Source: Fistulifera solaris (lineage: Eukaryota). From it: a stretch of DNA of 27,166 nt. Made by a program: the position numbers and the translations under genes. Positions 9,812-19,789 of the stretch are shown here, piece after piece (position 1 is the first letter of the stretch; each line of letters begins with the position of its first letter). The notes under the pieces were generated by a model that was given only the letters and a program-made list of their open reading frames with translations, was not told the DNA's origin and did no database searches. Location: contig AP026144.1 in assembly GCA_030295235.1 (NCBI GenBank), positions 868,001-895,166 of the forward strand. The letters run 5' to 3'.

Positions 9812-11103
9812 TTATACGACAAGTATGCGAATCGGCATTTCGTCACTATTCGCAATGGGCAGATTGGAAGTGGAGGAACATCCACCACCACAGCAAGAAG
9901 CACAAGCTGCACTACAAAGGCCCGTGCCCTTGCAACAATTGCAGCAACTTTCTTCCAGCGTTGGATTGTTGGAAGAAGTCTTGCAGCAGCAGCAAACACA
10001 AATATCGGTACCCTGCGCATCGCGGTTGCTCGCATGTTTACGCTCCGAGCAGCAGCAGCAGCATGTGCCGGAGCAGCAACCATCACTGCAGCAGCAGCAA
10101 TCTTGAAAGAAGCACTTGTTTTCGTGGCAGCAACCATTTCCACCGCAGCATCCACCTGCGCTGCAGCAACATTTTCCGGAGCAACATCCACCTGAATTGC
10201 AACAACCATCTCCACTGCAGCAACATTTGTTACCGGAGCAGCAGCCGTTACTCGAGCAGCATTTATCGCAGCACGAGCAGCAAGAACAAGCGTCTCTTGT
10301 CGGAACCAATCGTTTCATGATTCGATAGAGCATCCATACGGCGTAGGCAAACCACATGGCACAAACAAATACCAGCACTGTTTGACACATCCATTTATGC
10401 AAATTTTGCATTTCCCGTGCGTTCTGCAAATGAGTTAAGGCTCTGCTACACTCGGGACGCACACCTTGTTCCATCCAAGCCAAGTACAAGCAGATATCCG
10501 GGAAGGGGGATGACGACTTGTGCGTGCAGGGAGACAACTCTTCTGTCAAACGACGGTGGCGCATAGTCTCGCTGCGCAGTTGAGGATCTTGTATCTTTGA
10601 GACAACATCCGAAGGCGATGCTTGGGTAGGCAATGGGTGATCTTGGGCTTGTTCGTCTTGGTTATGATTCTCCTGAAGTCGATTGTCATGAATCCAAATC
10701 CAAGTGGTCGTAGAACCCACAAAGTGCGGAATACTTTCGGCTTCCTGAGATACCCACAAAAAGGTCATCAAAAGATTCGCTTCTTTCATAAGGAACGAAA
10801 GTTCGGGGGTATTGTAGTAACGCGGAGATTCACAGAATCGCCATTGATCCAGCTGACACTGTTCCTGGGCCATCTGATACGCCACGGCGACGTTTTTCTG
10901 CGTCATGTTCCACGACTTTTTCATTTCATGTACTAATTGCGTTTATGAGGGAGAATATAGGGTGAAAGATTGAACAAAACGTAGACCAGACAGAGTGTCA
11001 GTCTACCACATCTTGTGACACGCTAGATCTTCAACATTTTATTTTGCTTACATTGATAAATGTTCGCCAAGAGAACGATCGCCAAGCCGTACATTTGCTT
11101 CAT
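9812..11103 (-). CDS. Membrane protein with a very Cys-rich metallothionein-like C-terminal tail, paralog B (390 aa; exons 11103-11052 and 10932-9812)
   Basis: Exon 1 MKQMYGLAIVLLANIYQ, phase-1 intron GTAAGC...ATTAG (119 nt), then LHEMKKSWN. TM segment VLVFVCAMWFAYAVWMLY, followed by ~49 Cys in ~136 aa arranged as CC, CCC, CCCC and CCCCC clusters. Confidence 0.8.
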
Positions 11104-11644
11104 GTTATTTGTGCTTCTTATTTTGTATAGAGAATAATCGATAACAGAAACCGCAACACTTCGTAATGAACAAAGAAGGTTGCCGATGAGAAATGAGGCA
11201 GCAGCGGCGGTGTTAATTTTACACAAAAGTCGTGTAGAAAAATGTACTGTTCCAAGCATCAAGTTCCGCGACGATGCCATTACTTTGTATTATTACAAAG
11301 TATTTTATGTGTTCCGAATGTTCAGTCATGGGTCAAGGCTTTCAGTCACGAATATGAACGTTCTACAGAATTTTTGTCGCACCAGGAACAAAACAAGCGA
11401 TTTTCTTTCGACCTTTGCGATGGTCAGCGATGCCGAATCGGCACTGCTTTTGTACTCTCGCAATAGCCCACGTCACCAGCGAACCGGTTGGCGCTGTTGA
11501 ATTTTTTCGAAAAAAGGGCCCGGAAAAGACAAAGCACAAAAACCATTGGCAGTTTGTGTTTTCATGTTATTCGTTCTTTCTTTTGTGTTTGTTTGTAGAA
11601 ACGTCTTTCTATTCAGTCATAATATAAACTCATAAAGAAACAGC

Positions 11645-12745
11645 ATGACAAGATATCTGATAGTTTGGGCAGCTTTCGTGGCAACGACGTCGTATGCCTT
11701 TGTTACGAGAATCGACTCGACTTTCTCATCGATGCGTTTGCATTCGTCGCCACAATCGCAACCCGATGGCCGTTCAGCCGTCAGTTACAATGCTCTGAAT
11801 AATATGCCTCCTCCTCTTCCTCCTGGGTTTGCGCCGCCCGGTGGAGAACTAGCTCGTCCTCCTCAGCAGCAGCCGTGGCAACCTCCTCAAGAACAACAAG
11901 TGTGGCAACAACAAGCTCCTCCACAACGAGCCGGTCCTCTCAATCCAGATGACAACTGGAGACGTCCTCTTCAGGTCGACAATTATCAATACCGTACCGT
12001 TCAAGGAAATAGTCGAAAAACTTTCAATACGATGGGAGGTCGCAATGAGGTCGAATTTTCAACGGATGGACGTGAGCTTTATACCGACATGGAAGTGTGG
12101 CAGGGCCCTGACAACACACCGCAAACAATGAAGTGGTATGCTCAGGATGGAAATCATCGCATTCGTGCGACGGTGACGTCCACTCAATACCATTCCATCG
12201 AAACTAGAAACAGGGGAACGCTCGAATTCCCCATGAATGTACAGATGCAACCACAGGCACCCGGTTCTCCAACGAAACAACAACACCAACCCTTCCACGG
12301 CACTAATTCCGTTCCTGCTGTCGAATTTCGTCCCATCCCAAGTCACGAAGATCGCATGGCGAAACGCGATCCCAGTCGCGGCACGACCATTCAAGGAGAT
12401 GGCAGTGTCAAAACGTACCCGATTGACCCCTACACTTCCAGTGTCCAAGTATTGCTCGACGGGCAGGGATTTCCAGTATATGCCCGTATTGAGTTGTTGC
12501 AAGGTCCAGATTGTGTCAAAATATTGGGTGAATTGTACAACGATGGCTTGCAAAATGGCGGTGAACCGGTCCGGACGGTTTTGGAAACACCCGGATACGG
12601 CAGTACACTTCGTGTGGTCAACACGGGACCGATGGAATATCCCATCATTTGCACCGTCGCCCCAGCTTCGTATGGTGAACCAGTGAACAATTATCAGCAA
12701 CAGCAGAGTGTTTTCGATTCGAATGGACGGTATATTGGGTACTGA
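11645..12745 (+). CDS. Uncharacterised protein with two internal repeats and a signal plus transit-like presequence
   Basis: Signal MTRYLIVWAAFVATTSYA|F has Phe at +1 (ASAFAP-like), followed by a Ser-rich transit-like segment and a Pro/Gln-rich linker. Two repeats share QG..KT, E..QGPD, Y..DG and N.G..E(F/Y)P. Confidence 0.8.
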   Translation: MTRYLIVWAAFVATTSYAFVTRIDSTFSSMRLHSSPQSQPDGRSAVSYNALNNMPPPLPPGFAPPGGELARPPQQQPWQPPQEQQVWQQQAPPQRAGPLNPDDNWRRPLQVDNYQYRTVQGNSRKTFNTMGGRNEVEFSTDGRELYTDMEVWQGPDNTPQTMKWYAQDGNHRIRATVTSTQYHSIETRNRGTLEFPMNVQMQPQAPGSPTKQQHQPFHGTNSVPAVEFRPIPSHEDRMAKRDPSRGTTIQGDGSVKTYPIDPYTSSVQVLLDGQGFPVYARIELLQGPDCVKILGELYNDGLQNGGEPVRTVLETPGYGSTLRVVNTGPMEYPIICTVAPASYGEPVNNYQQQQSVFDSNGRYIGY

Positions 12746-13145
12746 GAGACAGACATGCAAGCTAGAGTGAAACGATGACCTTCTGCTATGAAAATACTTT
12801 AAGCCTCAGTAGAATTAAATAAAGAGAGCGATTTAACAAGAATGCTTTGTATTTGTTTGTTAAAATAAAACTTTATTCTTCGTATCCGTAGTTCGATGGA
12901 GAGTTAAAAGCAATTCGCTCGCAACAGTACTCAACGGACACCCAATGTACATTGTTTGCCGTAGTCGTTACAAAGTACTCTGTATTGGTCGCCTGGGAAC
13001 TGAAGTAGCCTTCTGATATTTCCGATGACTGTTTCCTGCCACAAAACGAAAACAAAAAGAACCTGTTTGCCCTTCATAAACACATTCATCAAGCAACAAG
13101 CGTTTCTTTCCCATACATTGACCGTACTAAAGATACAGGAAAGAA

Positions 13146-14564
13146 ATGCGACATTACAGGTGCTTTTTAGGTTGTCTGCTGCTTCTTTTGCAGCAAAAAG
13201 CACAAGGGGAGGTCATTCGACAATCGGCACATCGGAAAATACAAGCAACAATCGACGCCACAACAGGCGATCTTACTGTTCTTGCTGGAACGGACTTTTG
13301 CTGTTCGAATGGTCTTCGTACAGCAACTTCGTCGACCAGCGCGGCCGCGAAGAATCGTCGGAAGTTGAATACTCAACCGCATATTGGATGGACCGATCCG
13401 GGTGATTGGGTGGCTTACCCAGTAGAAATAACTTCGGCCGGTACGTATCATGTTCACTTTCATGTATCCAGTCCATTTGGTGATGGAGGATTTGAGTTGA
13501 TGGATTTACAAACGCAACAGTTATACGGCACCGTGGATACCATGCCCGTGACTACGACCTGGGACACGTTTGAAACTATTTCTCTGCCCGTCACATTGCC
13601 GGCCGGTCTCGTTTCGTTGCAAGTACGACTTTTATCAGCAGGTTGGAATCTGTTGTGGCTGGCGGTAAGCAACGAGGATAGTGTCGGAAGCATTCCGGGT
13701 GTAATTGTACCCCCACCGTCGCCGGCTATAATTGTATCTCCTGATGCCACTGTCACACCCTCATTACCCGCTGTGAGTAACCCAGCTACATTGTCCGTAG
13801 CTCCAAGTGTGACAGTGGCACTCGATGAGATTACGTCTTTTCCGTCCCTGAGCAGTTCCTCTTCAGGAACAATCATCCCAACCCCAAATAATGCAACGTC
13901 TCCGGTTGTTCCAATGCCGACACCGAATACAAGTGTCACATCTTTGATTCCTTCCACGCCGGTTAACGCCCCTGTTCCTACAGGTTCGGCAACAGTTCCG
14001 TCACCTCTAGCCAATGCTCCAATTTTATCGCCCTTGGCTACCCCGACTTCCACACTGCCCAGCGTTCCAGCCTCTAAACCAACACACAACAAACGCCCGT
14101 TCTTACACGAGTTTATAACGTTTGAAGATTTTACGCGCACATCTCCCAATATTGTATGGCAAACGAGTGAAACGGAACAACGCACGCAAGCTGTTGAGTT
14201 AAAGACAGGCGATTGGTTGGAATTTCAGTTGGCAATCCCTGTGGCCGGGCCGTATCAAGTACACGTTCGCACGTCGAGTCCTAGTGGAGAAGGCTCGTTT
14301 GAGCTGGTACACGTCGAGATAGACGAATTAAATAAACGCGAAACGGAAGTTCCTTTGGGCATATTTTCGGGATTCCCCACAACTGGTTCGTGGGAAGTGT
14401 ACCTTCGAATGGAACAAGAAATAAATTTACCAGCCTCACCTTTAAACATTGGCCTGTTGATGCGCATCAATGTATTGGAGCCAGGATTCAGTCTATCGTG
14501 GCTCTACGTGGAACCTAGTGATTTATGGGACGCAATTGATGCTAGAGACGATGGAAATGTTTGA
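13146..14564 (+). CDS. Secreted protein with two CBM6-like carbohydrate-binding modules joined by a Pro/Ser/Thr-rich linker; no catalytic domain seen
   Basis: Signal peptide, then IGWTDPGDWVAYPVEITSAGTYHVHFHVSS...TTTWDTFET...GWNLLWL and LKTGDWLEFQLAIPVAGPYQVHVRTSS...TTGSWEVY...GFSLSWL. Both fit the CBM6/CBM35 beta-sandwich pattern. Confidence 0.8.
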   Translation: MRHYRCFLGCLLLLLQQKAQGEVIRQSAHRKIQATIDATTGDLTVLAGTDFCCSNGLRTATSSTSAAAKNRRKLNTQPHIGWTDPGDWVAYPVEITSAGTYHVHFHVSSPFGDGGFELMDLQTQQLYGTVDTMPVTTTWDTFETISLPVTLPAGLVSLQVRLLSAGWNLLWLAVSNEDSVGSIPGVIVPPPSPAIIVSPDATVTPSLPAVSNPATLSVAPSVTVALDEITSFPSLSSSSSGTIIPTPNNATSPVVPMPTPNTSVTSLIPSTPVNAPVPTGSATVPSPLANAPILSPLATPTSTLPSVPASKPTHNKRPFLHEFITFEDFTRTSPNIVWQTSETEQRTQAVELKTGDWLEFQLAIPVAGPYQVHVRTSSPSGEGSFELVHVEIDELNKRETEVPLGIFSGFPTTGSWEVYLRMEQEINLPASPLNIGLLMRINVLEPGFSLSWLYVEPSDLWDAIDARDDGNV

Positions 14565-15154
14565 GCTGTTTGCTGACTTGCAATCCTACATGGTAAACAA
14601 TCTACGACACTGGAGCCTTGTAACGACGGCTGATTTCGATTCGTCTCTGACTGGATGATGGAAGGATATCTATCATTTACAACAGAGAGGCACTTTCTTC
14701 TCTTTGTATTCACGATCAAATTATTGGTATACGTTTTGGACAAAATCAAGGCTCGGCGACCCTTCATGAGGTTCGTGGGAAGTGTACCTTCGAATGGAAC
14801 AAGAAATAAATTTACCAGCCTCACCTTTAAACATTGGCCTGTTGATGCGCATCAATGTATTGGAGCCAGGATTCAGTCTATCGTGGCTCTACGTGGAACC
14901 TAGTGATTTATGGGACGCAATTGATGCTAGAGACGATGGAAATGTTTGAGCTGTTTGCTGACTTGCAATCCTACATGGTAAACAATCTACGACACTGGAG
15001 CCTTGTAACGACGGCTGATTTCGATTCGTCTCTGACTGGATGATGGAAGGATATCTATCATTTACAACAGAGAGGCACTTTCTTCTCTTTGTATTCACGA
15101 TCAAATTATTGGTATACGTTTTGGACAAAATCAAGGCTCGGCGACCCTTCATGA
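14385..15154. repeat. Tandem duplication, 2 x 385 bp (14385-14769 and 14770-15154)
   Basis: Both copies run GGTTCGTGGGAAGTG...GACCCTTCATGA and look identical by eye. The ORF track shows identical 62-aa ORFs at 14470 and 14855, an offset of 385. Confidence 0.95.
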
Positions 15155-16013
15155 AGCCATCAATCTCCTTAGAAGCATTGCGCCGTCGTTTTTCATAGCT
15201 TGTAGTTGGAACTAAAGTGTTAGACTTGAAACTTGAGATAGACCACGATAGTTTTTCGAACCACTGGCGATCTGTCGTACCAGGTAACGTACATTAACGT
15301 ACATGCTTGTCGCTTCTCTATAAGCCCTGACCAAACTCTAGGAGCGTTGTGATCCCTAGTCCCTCTAGTGACCCGATTCTTTTCTTCCCATTTAAATTAA
15401 AGAAAATAGCCCCTTCTGAATAGCTGTAAACGAAGACAAGAAATAGTCACAGAGCAATGGAATTGTTAAAACACGTGCCGAACTATAAATTGTTATGTTT
15501 GATGTTTGTTCCTGGTAGTCTGGGGTAGTTGTTCTCATTTATTTCGTCTTCAAGATGCAAACGATAAAGATACGTACAAGGGATTCCAGATTTAAGCAAC
15601 TTTTTTTACAAAAATCTCGATATAATCCCAACTTATTTAAAACTTTAGTCTTAGAGCTTCGGACTCGGTCCTAAATTTCTGATACAAGAAAAGTCATTAC
15701 GTAGCTGTTTAGACGGACGCTTGGGGTGGGTATAAATCCTGAAGTGTTAAACATCTTAGGTGATTACGCCGTATTTATCTACCGGTCAAAATTAAGCTCC
15801 ACAAGGGCAAATATCCTGCCGACACCGAACCAATTAGAATAGATGGTAAAGTGTAGTCGGTCTTCGTTAGGCTTCGTCTTTAAGAATAGCTGATCGTAAA
15901 AGCCCTTCCCGAACCGAGAAGCGACAAGACGTCTCACACAAATTCACGTTTGTTGCCTCTCTTTATTTTGTTTCGTTTCTTCATTTCCTTGCAAACGAAG
16001 ACAACAACAAATC

Positions 16014-17606
16014 ATGTACCGATCACTTCTGATTGGTTTATTCTTGACGTTAGCCTCTCAAGCATCTGCGGAATGCGACGGCACTTGTACGCCCGACGGC
16101 GAAGCCTGTCAAGTCGACGGAAAGCCGTGCTGCGAAACGGGAAGCTCCTGTTACGGATTCAACTTTTACAAGAAATGTCAAACCCCACCTTTGTGCTTAC
16201 GCGAATGGTATGACTGCACGAGTGGAATGGCGGGTAACGTGCCGTGCTGTGAAGGCATGGAATGCGTTTTGGGTGACGGCGAGCAATACGAGTGTCAACA
16301 CATTTACGAGCCTATTGCTGTAGAAGGCTTTGCGACTACTCCCGTTGCTCCTGTGGCCCCTGTTACTGCTCCCGTGACACCTGTCTCTGCTCCGGTTGCT
16401 CCTGTTGCTCCGTTAACCGAAGCGGCCGTGATTAAGCCATGGTCGCCTGCCGATGAAGGCTATTTGTTCTTTGCCAACATGACCAACGCGGGTGTACAAG
16501 ATCCTACTGCCCCCAATTATCAAGTTGCTGCCAAAGCGTACATCAAAGCGGATTGTGCGGGTCCTCACTTGTGCATTTACGTCATGGCAGAGCCCGGTGT
16601 GGCTCTTTCGTCGACAGAAGGGTGGTTCAAAGACTATACCTATTCTACTGCTTCTATTCCCTTTGTCGCACCCGGATTGACCTACCGCGAAGAGAATGGA
16701 GTGATTGTAGGATGGTCCGGTTGCGTGACTGTTCCTTTCGATAAAGGTGCAACCGGATTGGGTGTCGAAATCCACGCCAATTGGGGACTAAAAGGTTCCA
16801 ATTCACTCGGCAACACGGCTTCCACCGGCAAATCGGGAACCACTTTGGTCACAATGGACTATCCTGTGTGCTTGAAACCGGCCTTTGTGGAAGGTGAAAC
16901 CGCACCCGTGGCAACCGCTCCTCAAGCGACACCGGTGGCCGCTCCCAGCGCCCCAACACCCACGGCGGCGGGTGCCCTCGGAACCGCACCTACTCCTGTG
17001 ACTTCGCCTGTCACAGCGCCCATTCCGTCACCGGTTGCCGCACCGGTCCCTGTTACAGCAGCCAGTCTCACAGATAAAGGCTGGACTCCACTCTTCAGCA
17101 TGTACAACGCCGGAAACCCTGACACAAAAAGTTCCAACTACCAGTTGGCGGGCAAAGCGTGGTACAAGTACGACTGTGCGGCGCGATTGATTTGCTGGTT
17201 GGTAATGGCCGAGCCTGGCTTGGAAATTTCCGGAACGGAAGCATGGTTCAAGGATTATGGTCGTGGTAACAGTGCGATAGAAGCGGTCGCTCCCGGTATC
17301 ACCTTCAAGATGACCAACAATGTCCGCACGGGCTGGACTGGATGCTTCTATGAGCCCCTCGGCGCAACGGGGTCCATTGAAGTTCACGCTAATTACGGAG
17401 TCGCCGGCAGCGGAAAACTCGGCAACACCATGTCGACCGGTAAATCGAATACTTTGGGCGGATACGCCACGATCGACTACGATCACCATTGCGTTGGATT
17501 AGCTCCCACTTGTGCGGCAGCCGGTGCTAAATGCAACGGAAGTATGCCCTACTGCAACGGACGAACCTGCCCGACCTCCGGAAACAAAGTGTGTCCGAGC
17601 AAATAA
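16014..17606 (+). CDS. Secreted modular protein: two Cys-knot-like modules, Pro/Val/Ala/Thr linkers, two ~140-aa repeats of an unrecognised domain, and a C-terminal Cys module
   Basis: Signal MYRSLLIGLFLTLASQASA and C-C-CC-C-C modules. The repeat pair shares M.NAG..D, NYQ.A.KA, DCA, VMAEPG, WFKDY, VAPG.T, GW.GC, E.HAN.G and LGNT.STGKS. Confidence 0.85.
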   Translation: MYRSLLIGLFLTLASQASAECDGTCTPDGEACQVDGKPCCETGSSCYGFNFYKKCQTPPLCLREWYDCTSGMAGNVPCCEGMECVLGDGEQYECQHIYEPIAVEGFATTPVAPVAPVTAPVTPVSAPVAPVAPLTEAAVIKPWSPADEGYLFFANMTNAGVQDPTAPNYQVAAKAYIKADCAGPHLCIYVMAEPGVALSSTEGWFKDYTYSTASIPFVAPGLTYREENGVIVGWSGCVTVPFDKGATGLGVEIHANWGLKGSNSLGNTASTGKSGTTLVTMDYPVCLKPAFVEGETAPVATAPQATPVAAPSAPTPTAAGALGTAPTPVTSPVTAPIPSPVAAPVPVTAASLTDKGWTPLFSMYNAGNPDTKSSNYQLAGKAWYKYDCAARLICWLVMAEPGLEISGTEAWFKDYGRGNSAIEAVAPGITFKMTNNVRTGWTGCFYEPLGATGSIEVHANYGVAGSGKLGNTMSTGKSNTLGGYATIDYDHHCVGLAPTCAAAGAKCNGSMPYCNGRTCPTSGNKVCPSK

Positions 17607-18520
17607 AATACGAGACTCCTTCGTTTCGCTATCTTCTTTGTATCCTGGTAACAACGCACCACTTCTTTTGCATTATATATTCGTAAACATGAACTTTCCT
17701 TTATCAGACAAGTAGAACCAATCTTACATGCATCTTTTTTCGAGCAGCGAAATACTGTGTACGGAGTACAAAATTGTGGCGAAGTTTGCAATTCTAGAGA
17801 TCAAAGTGTGGACAAAAAATCGTCAAGACTGCATTTAAGTCAAGAGTAAAGTTGTTCTGTAAGATTCACATTCGTCTTTCATCATCCATTTTCCTTTCCT
17901 CGCCACCTTCATTACTAAACCAAGTCGTTTGATAACATACTAGTCATTATTGGAAAGGGTTGTCTGAAGCACAGAGCGTTAAAATTTGGATTGTCGTTGC
18001 ACTGCAAATCACACACTCATGACTGAAAGGGCAGTCTTGGCAAACATGGATTCCTATTCTGGACTCTACTGGTACGGTAGTAAAAATCAAAGAAAGGATC
18101 CGAGACGAGTTTCGACAAAGTCATAGAATTGCGTGTCACAAATGTAGTAAAATATGCTTTGGCAGTGAAATAGTTCAAGGACAAGTTTAGGAGAGCGTTC
18201 TACAAGGTACCATGGCGTGCATACGAAAGCAACAAGAAACGGATCCACTATTCTTCTGATTCATGACTGAGAATCCAGTCTTGGAGAAAGATCGCTCACG
18301 CTTGCATCCATAATAACTTTTCATGTGACTAAATTGATCTTTCAATCACGAGGAAGACGTGGCATGCCACGCGATGCACAAAAGATACTTTTTCAATGGC
18401 ACTCTTCGTCTTTGACCGCAAAAGCCAGACGCTCATTATTCTCTCCTTTTTGATTTTAATATTAGAGAAACGAACAACGTAGTTAGCTATTCAAGACAAA
18501 TAAAATTCTGTTTTAAGCTT

Positions 18521-19750
18521 ATGTTTCAACTGCGGCTCGGAATAATGGCTTGTTGTGTGATGTTGGGCGAATCATGGACGACTCCGTCCAAGTTGATGTA
18601 TCATCCTCGTGGTCGTCAGCACACCAAAATTCATCAAACGCCTCTCTCGGAAACCGTATCTTTGAGAACTCCCTTGAATACAACTGTCGGAATGATGAGT
18701 TCGCTCGATATCAGTAGCAAGGATGAGATCGACTCGGTGTTTTCTTCCATATCGATACGATCAAAGTCGACATATCAGTCTGGTTTGATCACCATTGGCT
18801 TTGCACATTGGCTTTTGCAAGTCTGTCTCCCATTTCGAAATGGGTACTGAGTGGTGAGCAGAAAATGAGCGTTTTGGTTTTGAATGCCATGACAAGTATT
18901 TTAGCGCTTTTCTTTGTTTGGGTCGGAGGTCCTCTTTTGGAAACGATCTTTTATCATCTTCGTCGAATGGTATGAATGATCGCGGTGAATTGTCGAAACA
19001 GAAAACCGTGGATGCGTGGAAGGGCGGTCTCGAACTCGGAGTATGGAAATCGTTGGGGACTACAGCTAATTTGTATGGCTTGAGTATGACAACTGCCGAC
19101 CACGGTGCTTTTCTCATTCAATTGACGACACTCATCGTTCCTACCGTTCAAGCACTCTGTGGTGTCCCCATTCCGCGTCGTATACAAGGAAGTGTTTTCT
19201 TGGCACTCATGGGAGTCTTTTGTTTACACAAGATAGTACCGCAAAGGTCGGCGAAGCCACAAAAATCGCCTATTCCACTCAACAATTGGGCGACTTGTTA
19301 TGCATCGTGGCGGCTGGTTTCTATGCAACATATGATTTACGACTGTTTCAATGGGGACAGCGCGTTGCTCCACGGCCGCTGATGATACGAAAGATATTAT
19401 TTCAAGCCGTCTTGGCAATCACGTTTCTTTGTGTCAGTCAGGAGCCGATTGGTGAACTATGGCAAGAGGCTTCTCGTTGGTGCACACCGACGACCTTGGC
19501 GCTGGTAGTATGGAGTGGATTTATCGTCAACGCGTTAGTACCCTTCTTGCAAGTTACGGGTCAACAAATCATTGGACCAACTCGATCACAAACGATTTAC
19601 GCATCACAGCCCTTATGGGCTTCTTTGATGAGTTTTGTACTTTTGGGAGAGACTGTGGGCTTCCAAGGATTCATAGGCGGTTCAGCGTTCTTGATAGCAC
19701 TGATGTTGGCAGCCACTGCTGAGCCACCAGAAAGCAAAGATGCGGCCTAG
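18521..19750 (+). CDS. EamA/DMT-superfamily transporter (~410 aa), possibly plastid-targeted, split by three 1-nt deletions
   Basis: Motifs GGLELGVWKSLG, GLSMTTADHGAFLIQLTTLIVP, LGDLLCIVAAGFYA, LQVTGQQIIGPTRSQTIYASQPLWASLMSFVLLGE. Adding one base at 18800-18802 (T), 18941-18943 (A) and 19218-19221 (T) gives one frame. The signal ends GES|W. Confidence 0.85.
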
Positions 19751-19789
19751 TCTTAAGCTCAAGGGCTCTGGCAAAGTTTACTATCAATT

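Noticed and set aside
9777..10328. Gln-rich plus-strand ORFs (QQHPP repeats)
   Set aside because: They are the antisense shadow of TGC/TGT Cys codons in the minus-strand gene, which has the signal exon, TM helix and a paralog.
16014..17606. Frustulin assignment for the Cys/Pro-rich secreted protein
   Set aside because: It lacks the frustulin acidic Cys-rich C(E/Q)GDCD consensus.
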